DNA of 62,827 bases, the filler included, from Rhabdomonas costata (Eukaryota), in NCBI GenBank assembly GCA_019059605.1. It is 35 parts of 35 records of this genome, joined end to end, with 100 filler letters (N's around TTAATTAATTAA, not from the genome) between each part and the next. Parts side by side here need not be neighbours in the genome. Positions count along the whole stretch, not along the records: positions 1 to 1,699 come from JAHMHO010010451.1; positions 1,800 to 3,497 come from JAHMHO010010452.1; positions 3,598 to 5,296 come from JAHMHO010010453.1; positions 5,397 to 7,095 come from JAHMHO010010454.1; positions 7,196 to 8,894 come from JAHMHO010010455.1; positions 8,995 to 10,693 come from JAHMHO010010456.1; positions 10,794 to 12,492 come from JAHMHO010010457.1; 28 more parts are not named here. One strand, written 5' to 3'. The notes beneath the pieces were generated by a model. That model worked only from the letters and a program-made list of their open reading frames with translations. It was not told the DNA's origin and searched no databases. Each line of letters starts with the position of its first letter. The first letter of the stretch is position 1. Of this stretch, positions 1 through 12,233 are shown piece by piece. The translations under genes and the position numbers were made by a program.

Positions 1-39
1 TGTTTTGGTTACACTCCGACACACAAACTACTTCATGAG

Positions 40-430
40 GTGATGTTAGCCCTAGTGATAGCGTTGATGGTGGTACGGTATGCCTAGATGCAGTGACGCT
101 ACGAATGACCCTCCGCTATCAACGTTGCAACCCGTGTACGTGGAAGGTGACAGAGGAGGAGTGAGGAGTATGGTTGCCGATGTAAGCCTCGCGCTGATGT
201 TATCCAATCTACTCACTACAAGCTCCGCTTCAGTCAACAATGCCACGTTGGGACTAGAGAGTGATGGAATGGTGACGTCATGCTACCTCCAGTAGTAAGA
301 TGCCGATGATGGTGATAATGTCTCTACCATGATGCCAAGATGACGTACATTAGGGATACATCATGACATAATACGCAAGAATACCACTTCTGAGATGGAA
401 AGAACACTCGGTGACGAAATGCCACCTTCT
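40..430 (-). mobile_element. Degenerate Ty3/gypsy-type LTR retrotransposon integrase relic (H2C2 zinc-binding domain and start of core)
   Basis: Minus-strand pieces across several frameshifts read LRSGILA / LCHDV / HLGI..ETL / SYYWR / MTS, in the order of the Integrase_H2C2 pattern (LRxEILxxxHDxxGHLGIxKTxxxxxxxYYWxGM). Confidence 0.45.
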
Positions 431-1592
431 AAGGCATAATTATGTGAGGTGTTCCTATCGCAAATTCCACTCCTACAACGGCACGCCCATACGAATCATG
501 CCTATGTGCCAAGATGAACCACAATGTGAGAGTAATAGCTGTGGCTACGCCTGGTCGGAGGGAGCGCAGAAGAGGCACATATAGAGACGATGGGTTGAGT
601 GAACGTAGCCGCCTTATGGCGGTGGAAAAAACGATGGCAAGAGTAGAAAGAGAAAGGAGGAGCTACTGAAAGGAGCGACCAGTGAAGATAGAATACCTCT
701 TGACGTCGCATGTTAGCTGCGCTCACATGCTCCTATTCCTACTGATACACAACTAACTGCGTTCGCGGCTTCGATCGCTCGTGCTCTGTTTACTAGGTCG
801 TCGATTCTGCGCATCTCCTCCCAAAATGCGCTGATGGGTCGCATTCTCGGTACATCGCATGCTACGGATGGTGGGATTACTACCTGTTATTCTTACATGT
901 AAGAAAAAGGGATGTTGCTATTCTCCATCTCTCCTGAATATCTTGGCCTCATGTCCCTACGGTCCATGCCACTACTCGGTGCTTGATATTGTGGCCCTAT
1001 TAATGAACAAACGCAGATGACCGATTTGCATTTCTTCTTCATTTGCGCATTTCGAGTTGCATTCTGTTTTTGTGGTGATGTTTCATTTGTCTCATTCAAG
1101 CGCGCGTGCAAATCAAAGAAAATACCAAAGGGGACATCGCGAGCAAAAACAAAACAAGCGAAAACCAATAAAGTGTAAACGCTCACGTGCAGCAGCTCCG
1201 GCGCACACAACAATTTCACAAGACACATAGGCACCCCATGCGACACCATGCCAAAAAGCCTTTTTGGTAGACACCCATGCGGTGCCCGCTGCCAAAGAAG
1301 CGCGCGCCAAAAAGACCAGGTACAATCGGTGGGTTGTGTGAAATCCTGTTGTGGCGGGACAAAGGCCGGGATACCATTTCTATATATTTCCCGGGTCAAA
1401 ACATAACCACCGGATTGAATATGGCGTCAAAAAGCTTCCCCCCAACCAACGCCACGACGCCCAGTCTTTGGCCGGCATGACCCTGTCGAGGCGCAAAACC
1501 CAGGGCACGTGTGTTCCGAACATGCGTCTGCGGCCAACAGCCGGGGATGAAACACCGGCACCTGGATCCTTCTTTTCGTTATCTTCCAGCGC

Positions 1593-1695
1593 GGGGTGAT
1601 ACGGATATGCACGGTATCTAAATGCGTAGGCTTGGTTCAGCGGCTGGTCTCTCCTGGGCTACGCATTTAGATACCGTGCATATCCGTATCACCCC
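1593..1695. repeat. Perfect 37-bp inverted repeat with 29-nt loop at contig end
   Basis: ggggtgatacggatatgcacggtatctaaatgcgtag (1593-1629) and its reverse complement (1659-1695). Confidence 0.95.
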
Positions 1696-1699
1696 CCAA

Positions 1700-1799
1700 N
1701 NNNNNNNNNNNNNNNNNNNNNNNNNNNNNNNNNNNNNNNNNNNTTAATTAATTAANNNNNNNNNNNNNNNNNNNNNNNNNNNNNNNNNNNNNNNNNNNN
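1700..1799. other. Artificial contig spacer, first of 34 recurring about every 1.8 kb
   Basis: 44 N + TTAATTAATTAA (stops in all six frames) + 44 N, repeated between contigs of near-identical length (about 1690-1700 nt). Confidence 0.99.
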
Positions 1800-2712
1800 G
1801 GGGGGTTGTATACCTATCCCGGGGTCAGGCCCGGACGAAAGAAGAGGGAAAGGGCAAGAGCTGTGTGGCAGCAAGGAAGGCACAACCACGTGCGTCCCTG
1901 GGAGCTCTGAGGTGCATGAATGACAGGAGGCATGATACAGGATGAGACACAAACGAGCATATTCGCGCACACCATCTTTCTTCGTATGGCAGGTGAGACG
2001 GTGAGAGGCGGAGTGGATGATGGAAGGGGAATCCAAAATAGCCCTCATTCAAGAGGATGGGGCTCAAAGAAAAATTTGAGACAAGGGAAACGGAGAGCCC
2101 TTTCGGAGAAGGATCCCCGAACTCTTCGACGTCTCGTTGATACGCGTTGCGAGGAAAGATGACGAGCAGACGGCAGTGGAAGCGAATGAGGTGCATTGGC
2201 GAACCAGCTGATGAGCAAGATGAGCGGGAGCGAACACGAGAAGAAGCCCTTCCCTTTCCCTTTCACACGAAACGGAGCTCAAACAACAGCGGGAAGCCGA
2301 TTTTGGAGAGGCAATTGGAATGAGCTCACGAAAAAGGAATGCGGCTTGTAAGGAGTCTGGCTACGAGTGGAGCGAATGCCCCGCAACTCGGGCGGGTCCG
2401 TTCTCGGAAATCAATGGGCAAGGAAGGAACCGCATGTCGCGCAACCGTTCACTGAGAAAAGAAGTGAACCTACCGCGGCTGTTATTCAGCAGCTGCGATC
2501 CCCAGGTTCGTCCCAAATAAAACCCAGCACTGGGAATTCATACCGTGTATCTGTGCGTGCAGGCGGTGTGAGGCGGGCGGCTGGAAGGGGTGTGCTTGCA
2601 GCGGACGGCAACAAGCGAATTGCCTCAAAGGGAAATATGAAGACTGCGAGAGAGGGAGGAGTAAGCAGTAAATTGATCATGCGCACAAAAAACGTGGCAA
2701 AGAAGAAACATC

Positions 2713-3135
2713 TGATGCGGCGGACAGAAAACATTACAATCTGTCCGCCATTCTCACACCTCGGGCAGAGCAAGAGGGGCGGTGGCGGGAAAAAGGTAAA
2801 TCGCACGCTTCTTTCTGCTCGCGCGCAAACCAAAACAGGAGGTCTCCGTGAGTACGTTTGCCGTGGGAAGCTGGGGACATCAACGTGGAGCTACGGAAGA
2901 CACTGCGCTTTCTGAACATGTACAAAAGTGAGTGAGAGTACGCCACTGACCCATTCGAAAATAGCTAACTTCGTGGGTTCGCCGTGGAGTCATGGTGACC
3001 CAATGGGCAATGGGGAGAGGAAACAGGAAGCAACTTAAGCAGGAAAACACGCGCACAAGGAAAGTGTGGCAAACGGTTCGAGAACGAATGATGGGAGGAA
3101 CAGAAAACCTTACAATCTGTTCGCCATCCTCACAC
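2713..3135. repeat. Imperfect ~47-bp direct repeat pair
   Basis: acagaaaac(a/c)ttacaatctgt(c/t)cgccat(t/c)ctcacac cores at about 2713-2759 and 3089-3135. Confidence 0.8.
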
Positions 3136-3604
3136 TCCTGCAGAGCATATCAGCCGAGAGGGGTGGAAATCAATTGTAACGAAGGGCAGCTTGCAGCGCG
3201 ACAAAAAGAAAGCCCGCATGAAGAAATCAGACATGTGTGCAGTGTTGGTGAGTGTGTGTGTATGGCGCGGGCATTTGCGCGCAGGTGGTGTGTAAGAGAA
3301 AAGACTCCGTGCTGAGTGAATCCACTTCAATCCCTCACCTCTCTGTGCCGGTGCGCATGTTTGCCTGTATTCAAGAATGTGCATGGAGTACACGTTTGCT
3401 GCGTACCAGGACATGAAATCGTACATTTTCCCATTAGCACCAGTGGGAGGGGGAAACTTGAAGCGAGGGGGAAGGCAAGAAAAGAATCAAACCCACANNN
3501 NNNNNNNNNNNNNNNNNNNNNNNNNNNNNNNNNNNNNNNNNTTAATTAATTAANNNNNNNNNNNNNNNNNNNNNNNNNNNNNNNNNNNNNNNNNNNNTGT
3601 GGGT

Positions 3605-4133
3605 TGGAGTTCGTGGAGTGTGTGGAGTGTGTTCTGCTGCTGCATCTGGTGGTGTGGAAGGTGGAGGGTTGGTCTTTTCGTCTGTAATTCATGGTGTTCA
3701 TGGTGTTGCGATTGAAGTGGACTTTGTTTCGCTTGGTGGATGTGTTGCATGTTGTGTGTTGTACTCTCTCTAGGTTGCTTTCCTTCCTGTTGGTGCTGGA
3801 TATGTAGGTGTCTGCTGCTACGTTCTTTCCTGTTCGGCTTTGCACTCCCAAATTTGTATTCAGGTGTTGGCAGTGGTGTGGGCGTTGGGTCTGTCGCGTG
3901 CTTGTGTCTTCTTCTTGCTGTTGTTGTTGATGTAGGTATAGGTGTAGGTGTAGTGGTTTGTGGAGGAGTAGTGTGTGTTGGTCTTGCTGTTGATGGTGGA
4001 GCTGGATTTGGTGTTGGTTGTGGTGCTGCTGTTACTGTTGGTGTTGTGGTCGGTGGTGGAGTTCGTGGAGTGTGTGGAGTGTGTTCTGCTGCTGCATCTG
4101 GTGGTGTGGAAGGTGGAGGGTTGGTCTTTTCGT
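3605..4133. repeat. Identical 77-bp direct repeat inside a GT-rich low-complexity tract
   Basis: 3605-3681 equals 4057-4133. Confidence 0.9.
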
Positions 4134-6800
4134 TTGCAATGAAGTTGGTGTTGGTGGGACGGTGCGTGGGCTGGGTGAGCTGTGGCGTAGGTTGTTGGTT
4201 TCCGTGGGTTGTGGAGTGGGTGGATGGAGTGGTGGGACTTGCGATGGTGCTGAAGGAGTGATGGGGGGTTGTGTGCAGGATTCTGGAGGGTGGGTGAGGA
4301 GGGTGCGGATGGTGACGGTACAGGTGGGTGAAGGAGTGTGCTGATTTTTGGATGGGTCTTAGCATGCGTTTTTGGATTCGGATCGTCATCGGAAGTCCCG
4401 CGTGATCTCCAAGCGGGGAAGGCCGGAAAGACTCTTGAAGCTTTACTGAGACTTCCATATCAAGCTGAGATTAGGAGTCAAACCACACATCTACGGACAC
4501 GTAAAACCACCGCAACGCTGGCAGCATGTTGGAGCCGTGATTCCTACCACCACATGAATGGCACAGCGGGCTAAATTAACCAGACGCCCCAAGATGTTAG
4601 CAACGGAGGAGTACGTGGGGTATAGGGCCACAGGAAGATCATGACGCGAAGCCTATGCGCGAACGGCACGGGTTCTGACGTAAAACCAAGTGGCGGAAGG
4701 TCAGCCTTTGATGTAAACCACAAGTTGGCACACGGCACATGGCCCCACAAAAGACGACACACCACCCAATGGTAGCACGCGGAAGACCAGTAGTCGTTTA
4801 AGATACACTATGGATGAAGGAATTGATGTGACGTAAGAGTAGTTAAAGGGCAACGATTATCACCACATCAGCAAGCCTTCTACGGTGGTCATGGCGTGGT
4901 TTGTCCAGGTAGTGGTGATGCCTACCGTTGTGAAGCCTGATGATGGGAGTGCCAAAGAAGAGGCCGACATGGCGGTCCGGATGCCGCCTTCACGTTGCTC
5001 GCGGCATCAACGCTTTAGCGAAACTTCGGAGTGAGGGCGCTGGACGGGTGCTTCCCACCACGTCCCGGCGATGGGGATGTCGACCCGCCTGGGGCGGGAA
5101 ATGGAACGTCCTAAAGCAATGGGCCGTCTGACGCCTCTTCCGGAAAAGAATGAGGAATTTTTCAGAATTTTCAGAATAAATTAATTTAATAGCAAGAATG
5201 GGCAGGCAATGAAACCGCAACAGCTTTACGGTGTGGCGCGTTTTCCGGTGCGACATTTTAAGGGCCCGCAGAATATTAACATGGTACGCCAAAAACNNNN
5301 NNNNNNNNNNNNNNNNNNNNNNNNNNNNNNNNNNNNNNNNTTAATTAATTAANNNNNNNNNNNNNNNNNNNNNNNNNNNNNNNNNNNNNNNNNNNNTGTG
5401 GGGGTGTATACGTTTACTTGCTTCTTTGTTTGCTTGCATGCCCATGAGGATGTTAGAATAAGTGCATCAACCCAAATCGGTGGTTCCCTGTGTGCTTGGT
5501 GGATTATGTCGGAAAGAATGACCTGTGATGGATGTGGTGTGGCTTTCGATGAACGTCTAGCTTGTCCAATGGGTTCGAGGTCTGACTTGAGCTTGGAAGG
5601 AAATGGGGTAAGCAATCCCGTCCGGTCCCCGGCGGGTCGCATTAGCCGTGCGGCCTCAGGACTGCACTGCAAGGTGGTGGTGGGGGTGTCATCTCTCCGT
5701 TTTATCGAGAGGAGAAGGATACTTCATATTTACCGGGGAGAGAACTCTCACTGCTTTGGCACACCAACACCAAATCCGTACACACATAAGGGAAATAGTA
5801 GATGCGCGACAAAGGCTCGGGACCCGTGTGCCAGAAGGGAGGTTACCAGATGTGGAACGTTCGGCGGTGAGCCGGAACTCCACGGCACTGTTCGCTCCAT
5901 CGGTACCTCTTGTGAGCACCCGTGTGGGTGTAAGGTTAAGGGCTATCATAGAGCCCAGGCAGCCCTACTGTGCACTCAGGGCTACACTTCGGTAGCCAAC
6001 GCGCCACTTGCTCAGAAACTGCGCTCCACTCTCCATGACCGCGCACCCCTCCCTTATCCTCCTTTTTTCTGTGGTGGCTGCTCCTTCGTCCTTACCGAAT
6101 CACATTTGAGGATTGGTTTATATCCCCCGGTCAGCGCTCCTCCACCAAAAAAAAAACAGCACCAACACTCGGGCTTCACTCAGCATCAGAACCGATTCCG
6201 GCATTTTGCATTCCACACCGTGCACACCGTGGGAGAAAACGTGATGGAGAGGAGGAGCACACCCGAGTCCTTCCATGTACGCACAGCAGAGATGCTCCTG
6301 CGTCTTGCAGCATCCTGCCAAAGGCGCAAAACGCACCAAAACTTAGTCACCCCAAAATGCTGAGGGAACTGGAGCGGGACGCCGAGATGGAAAACATGCA
6401 AGCTTCAACTGCGCAAGATACGTCAGAGCTGTGCGTTTCCAGTTTTCCGGATCTGTGCGTCGTGAGTTTCGGGTTGGGTGACCGTCGCTGCCGGGTTTAC
6501 TTTTGAACACAAGACATCACAGAGAAATTCCAGTGAGAGACAATCCACCCAAAAGCTGACAGAAGGGCACAAATAATGGGCGGTGAGCTTTCCCGCTGGG
6601 AAAAGATGCTAAGCAGCTGGATGCCACAAACAACCAGTAAAAGAAGTGAAGAGAGACACTTCCCGGCCACACAGGCGAGGTGTGACAAGTGCAATTGTTG
6701 GGTTGGACGTTGCCTATAAGGTTTGTCGTTTGCGTGCCATTGAGCATTCATGACAGGGCACTATGAGAGAGAGAAGGAACATTCTGGTTGGAGCACCGAC

Positions 6801-6996
6801 CTGGCGTACTCGACGGTGTGCAAGGGATCCGCGAAGACCCGTATCTTGCACGTCACAGGCACGCTGAGCTCCCGGTGCAGCAGGCTGACTATCTCTCGCA
6901 GCAGGCCCCACTCCTCCATGAGGAAGGCCCCGTAGTTGCCCTTGCGTGCGATGCCCTGGGGGCACCCCAAGTTGATGTCCACAGCATCGCATTGCC
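6801..6996 (-). CDS. DUS1: tRNA-dihydrouridine synthase (DUS1-like), internal exon
   Basis: QCDAVDINLGCPQGIARKGNYGAFLMEEW..VPVTCKIR contains the Dus NxGCP catalytic motif; bounded by TTTCAG acceptor and CAG|GTCGGT donor. Confidence 0.92.
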
Positions 6997-8245
6997 CTGA
7001 AAGTGCCGCGAACTGCCACCAGAACACCAACCATATTTCCCGGATTACATAAAATTCTGCCTGACCCTTACAGGTGTCCGTGTGCGTTTCCGTAANNNNN
7101 NNNNNNNNNNNNNNNNNNNNNNNNNNNNNNNNNNNNNNNTTAATTAATTAANNNNNNNNNNNNNNNNNNNNNNNNNNNNNNNNNNNNNNNNNNNNGTGTT
7201 GGGTGTGGTTGGGGGGTTTGGTGCTTCGAAGTGCGGCGGAGTAGGATGGGCATGGCCTTTCTTGAGGTCGATGTGAAGTGCTCGGCGCGCGGCATCTGCG
7301 GCTTTTGAGACATGGAAGGCCACGGTCCTGCAACGCTGCGGGTGTGGGGGTAGTGCATCCTGGAAGATGGCCGGAGACTCGCTCGGGCGGCTCCGGCAGC
7401 AGTCCAGAAAAGATGCATCGGGTCGAGGTTGCGGTGCCACGCAGAGAGGAACTAAATACAAAAATGGGTGCTTCCAGCGCCAGCATCCCTGTGCTATCAC
7501 TCTATCGTCCCATCAGCGAAAGGTCACCTCTGGCAACAACCTCCACACAAACCAACGCATACCAACGGTTGTATTGTGGAATCTCGATATCATTGGCTCA
7601 GTAGGATCCAGCCAATGCCCCATAATTTACCCCTCTTCTTGTGGCGGTGCATTTTAACGCATCATCCATTCCAAATTGAGATCACTTCGCTGATGACCGC
7701 AATCCAGCGTGGAATACAAACACCCTAATAAAAAATCCACATGCAGTTTTGGGACAGTCAACTGTGAAAAAACTGTCCGCAACCTCCAGCAGGACCAAAA
7801 CGTAAGGTATGCTAGATGCTATGCTTGCGTCGGTGACGGGAAGAAAGAGGGCCGCGGCTGGGTGTCGTTGCTAATGATCATTGTGCATCACCTCCACACC
7901 AAAAAGAAGTTACACAAGCATGTAGAATTCGACAAGGGGTACAGGATGAAGATACTCACTGAAAAGCGGGAAAAGGCTCCTCCCTGTCCTCCCTGCCTAA
8001 CATTAAAAGCTCGTCACTAAATAGCAATTCAATCCCCGTCCTCCCTAAACAGAGAATCCAAGCAAGTGCGCAAGAATGCCAGAGGGGGAAGTCCTCGCCA
8101 CGCACTGGCAATTTAATCACAGACCAGAACTGAAGACTCACTGGGTGCTTTTTGCCATCAAAAGTGAGCCGTCAAAGACAGAAGGGGCACGAAGGGCACT
8201 CCCACGCCAATGGGTGAAAGCTCCCCACCGCCGGCGGGTTCCCCA

Positions 8246-8609
8246 TTAGGTCTCGTGGTGCAGGCACAGCAGGGACAGCTCGTTGGGCACCCCCACTCTC
8301 AGCACGAAGTTCTCGGAGAACGACCGGAAGCCCTGCCCGCGGTGCACGTACAGGCGGTTCAGCCCATGCCTCCACAGCCCGTGGTCAGGGCTGCTCAGGG
8401 CGAAGCCCTTCTTCGTGACCCGCGGCCCCGCAGAGGAGGGGTCCAGGGGCGGAGGAGCGCTGCTCAGGGTGGGGGTTGTACATGACGCGGCTTCAACAGC
8501 GGGGTGGCAGAGCAGGCCGTGCAGAAGGCCGATGTGTGTGGGCCGCAGGCCCCAGCTTACTAGCCCGATCTGCCCCCCGTGGGTGTGCCCGCTGAGCACA
8601 ACGCTGCAC
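8246..8609 (-). CDS. Calcineurin-like metallophosphoesterase (YkuE/YaeI/TMPPE type), terminal exon
   Basis: VLSGHTHGGQI motif followed by GLWRHGLNRLYVHRGQG...RVGVPNELSLLCL and a stop; CCACAG acceptor. Confidence 0.85.
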
Positions 8610-11600
8610 CTGTGGGCGCAGCGGAGGGGGCACGGCATGCTGAAGCGCGCGACACACACATCCACACACACATATCCATTCAACTCATCTCGCTCCACAG
8701 ATGGTCTCCTTTCCACAACGGCAACAAAACAGCCTGGAGTAGGTGTTCTCCACGTGCCACATCACTTTCTCCTATCACCTTCCGTTGCCCCCGGAAAAAG
8801 CGCTGAAGCGAATGGGCTTTTCCCACACAGGCTGCCCCTCACTCTTACCCTCCTGAAACTGTTAACCTTCCCACATGCACCGCTTCTGTGAGGANNNNNN
8901 NNNNNNNNNNNNNNNNNNNNNNNNNNNNNNNNNNNNNNTTAATTAATTAANNNNNNNNNNNNNNNNNNNNNNNNNNNNNNNNNNNNNNNNNNNNGTGTTG
9001 TTGTTCACTGCTCTTGACCTGCAGGCTCAGAAGTCTCGGCCTTTGGCTTTGGTGGAGGGGGATCCTTCGAACAGGTGGAGCGATGCGTTTTGCGTTTTGT
9101 GGTCGTGTGGGCATGTGCTGGCAATCTCTCCATCTTGGTGGCTTTAGAATAATCTGCAAAAAAAAATGAAAACAGGTGTCCGCCTCACTTGAAAGGCCAA
9201 TGAAAGAATGAGTTGCACTGCAATTCTGTATTCATCGGCCGACTTGGCCCTTTCCTTGACCTGTGAGAAGTGAGGCAAAGTAGTAGCTCAAGTGGGTTTC
9301 TTTTGAACTGTCCTTGCTCAGTTTGCGCTCGAATTGAATTCGGGCTCGAATAGTGCCACTTTGAGCCAGCCTCTCCTCTCTCCTTTCCTTCCGGGGATGT
9401 AACCTGCCTTTCTTTCGCTGCGTAGGCGTGGCAGTTCCACGGGTGCTGCTGAGTTGGCAAGCTCCAGTTCTGCTCTAGTTGCTGTGGCAAATGACGCGGT
9501 TGTTCTTTGATCTTTTGCCTGTCTTCCTTTTTGCTCTTTATGGTGATGCTTGTGCAGCGAGCACAAAAGCTGGCGACAGAGGAAAACAGGATCTGAAGAG
9601 GCTCCGCCACTTCGCGGCATGTACAAAAACTACTTGCCAAAACACGGCATCCCGCGACTTATGAATTTCCCTTTTTTCCAAAATGTCAGCTTGCTTCTTT
9701 TATTTCGTGATTCGTAAACGGCTGAACAACCTCCGAACCAGGTGAAGCGTTTGTCCTACTGTGGGATAATCGGTGCCCAGTCCTACACTATTTTAACCGG
9801 TTTTTTCCGTGTCTTGTGGTAGGCCGGGCTGAAGCGGAAGGTCAGAAGGCTGTCACGTGCAAGCCTAACCGTGGGGCTTCCCACCTTGGCAGTGATCGTA
9901 CACCACCCTTCTCCCACTGTCATCTTCTTTGTTTCTTCGCCTTGCCTAATTGTTGCACACAAAGGCTGGGACACCGCACTGAATTGGGTTGGTTTCCTGC
10001 AATTTTTGGGTTTTGTGCGGCTGCCCGATGCCGCAGTGACAGCCAGTGCTTGAAGTGAGGTCATTTGCAATCTCCTTCTCCCCTTAATTGGCTGTGGTTT
10101 GTTGGCTGTTGTCCGTTGAGATTCGAGAAGTCCGTGGTTCCCCTAAGGGCTCCTTCCAAGGTGGAAAATAATGTGCTCGCACACACGTACGGGTATGTGG
10201 CCTTCCTGTCATAATCCAGGACATCAAGCCATCTGATATTGCCCTGCTGCAAGGAAGGCAGATTGAGGTTGCGCTGGACACCGAAGCGGGTGTGCCTTTC
10301 CCGCTTAGTGTGCTGCGGAGTATTTATGTCCCTGGGTCGCATCTCTGGAACGCTTCGATCTGAACGCCAAAAACTGCAGTGGTTGGATTAGGTTTCGTTC
10401 TATTCGCCCATAGACCCACGACACGGTGAAATTCTGCCTTTTCCTCCTTCCTGCAGGGACTGATAATGATGCCAATGGGCGAGCCTGCTCCACTAGCGCT
10501 GAGGTGAGTCTGGAGGACCTGCCCACCAACTTTGCTTTGGTGGACGACCAGTGCAGCGGTGTAAGGCGATTCTTGTCTTTTTCTATTTTCTGATGTTTTT
10601 CAGTCTTCACGTACACAGACCTGCACGTACACAGACTTGCGCCCAGAGGTTTGTGCTGGATACTATCAAAAATATGTTTTCGACCCAACACCCNNNNNNN
10701 NNNNNNNNNNNNNNNNNNNNNNNNNNNNNNNNNNNNNTTAATTAATTAANNNNNNNNNNNNNNNNNNNNNNNNNNNNNNNNNNNNNNNNNNNNGAGCTGG
10801 CAGGGTATGACGAGTATGCCAGGTCGGTAAAGTTCAGGCTGGTTCCTGGGCTGTGGTAATGGCGATACGCGTGTACACTCTCAATTTTTCCCCACACGTC
10901 CAGTTTTTCCATTGTCTCCTTCCGTTTTCCTTGTATCCCCCCTACGTACGGGCTTTCCGCTCCTCAGAACGCACCTCTCTTGTCCCGGTTTCATATCTAG
11001 GGTCACGTATCACCAGAACTCAGTTTTATACTTTTTGTCCTCGTACCTTTGATTCGTCTTCTATCATGTGTAGAGCATTACACATTAGACTCTGGACTCG
11101 GGTCTCCCTGTGTGACCCTTAAGGGCAATGACGTTCCTTGGAGGTCTTTGTCCTTGCTATCAGCACGGGAGATCGGGAAGTTACCAGGTCGTTTGTGAGC
11201 TGTGGTGATAGGGTTGTGGTATGATTGCATTGTTTTCCTCAGTGCTTTGCGGGCCGGTGCCTCCTCGTGTCCTTTGCAGGCACCCTTCTTTCTTCTCACA
11301 CCTCAGCCCACATTACCTTGTTTGATTTTCCGTCATTGCCTTCTTGCCTGCCTTCTCGAACTTTGGACACTGAACACTGGACAGTGGTTGTTGCTGGCTG
11401 TGAGTTTTTCTTTGGCATTTGCACCAGTCTATTTAGAGACATTTGAAAACGTTGGGTGTTTTGTTTTGTTTTAAGGATCCGTTCAAAACCGCAACTGTAC
11501 TGCAGCTGGGCCCACCCACTGCTTCTGTGCGGAGACGGACGTGCCGAAACTGCCTAAAGTGCCTGTAACCATACCATGGGGCATCCCGTTGACATGGTGG

Positions 11601-11783
11601 TTGGTTTTGTCATGCGCTGTGGCTTCCACTCTGGCCCTTCCTTCAATTCCGGTACCAGGGTCATTTGTATCCTTTTTGGAAACACATTTGTTTTGCTCAC
11701 TCTTCAACGTTGTTTTTTTGTTTTTACTTTAGCTTTTTTTCGGGCATCGTTTCCTGTGCTGTTGGCAGAAATGATTTTCTTTG

Positions 11784-12233
11784 ATGTGGGGTGCTCCAGT
11801 ATCCTTCGCCCGATCCTGTAGCCGCAACCGCATTGCTCGTGCATATTTACCAACCCCACTTCGGTGCTGGGCTTCTTTTGCCCAGCCTTCGTTCATTATG
11901 GCCGCTGCCACTCCCGCTCCCTCATCTCCTCCCCCTGGAGTCAGCCCAGAAGGAGTAGTCACCGACAAGCCAGCCCGCGATGATCGGCATTATGCCTTCC
12001 TCACTCTGGGGAACCAGCTGAGGGTGATGGCGGTCTGTGATCCCACAACGGAGAAGGCCGCGGCGGCGCTGGAGGTTGGCGTGGGAAGCTCTTCGGACCC
12101 GGAGGAGATTCCTGGGATGGCTCACTTTTGCGAGCACATGCTGTTTCTGGGCACCGAGGCCTACCCCGAGGAGGGAGAGTACAAGCGGTTCGTCACTCGG
12201 CATGGTGGGAAGGTCAACGCCTCCACTTCTCAG
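11784..12233 (+). CDS. IDE: Insulysin/pitrilysin-like M16A metallopeptidase, first exon (alternative start at 11898)
   Basis: DDRHY..LGNQLRV...AAALEVGVGSSSDPEEIPGMAHFCEHMLFLGTEAYP with the inverted zincin HxxEH motif; CAG|GTGGAG donor. Confidence 0.93.

Noticed and set aside
1744..1755. TTAATTAATTAA recurring at regular spacing, superficially like an array repeat
   Set aside because: Embedded in N runs; an assembly linker. ORFs ending in XXX/LIN are artefacts of it.
3598..4458. 302-aa Thr/Pro/His-rich mucin-like ORF
   Set aside because: The CA-rich strand avoids stops by composition, and the 77-bp duplicate lies 452 nt away, so it is read in two different frames.
4680..4830. Minus-strand LLVFRVLPLG..LVVYIKG resembling reverse-transcriptase motifs
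   Set aside because: No YxDD and spacing too short; insufficient evidence.
5978..6005. GGCTAC-ACTTCG-GTAGCC-AA resembling an HDV ribozyme P4/J4-2
   Set aside because: No P1, P3/L3 or P2 elements found upstream; just a 6-bp hairpin.
5397..6363. 321-aa plus-strand ORF
   Set aside because: No recognisable domain or host-like codon bias; lies downstream of the DUS1 donor and is probably intronic.
11725..11742. ACTTTAGCTTTTTTTCG resembling a relict euglenid spliced leader
   Set aside because: Needs several gaps to align and is equally explained as a pyrimidine tract with an AG acceptor.
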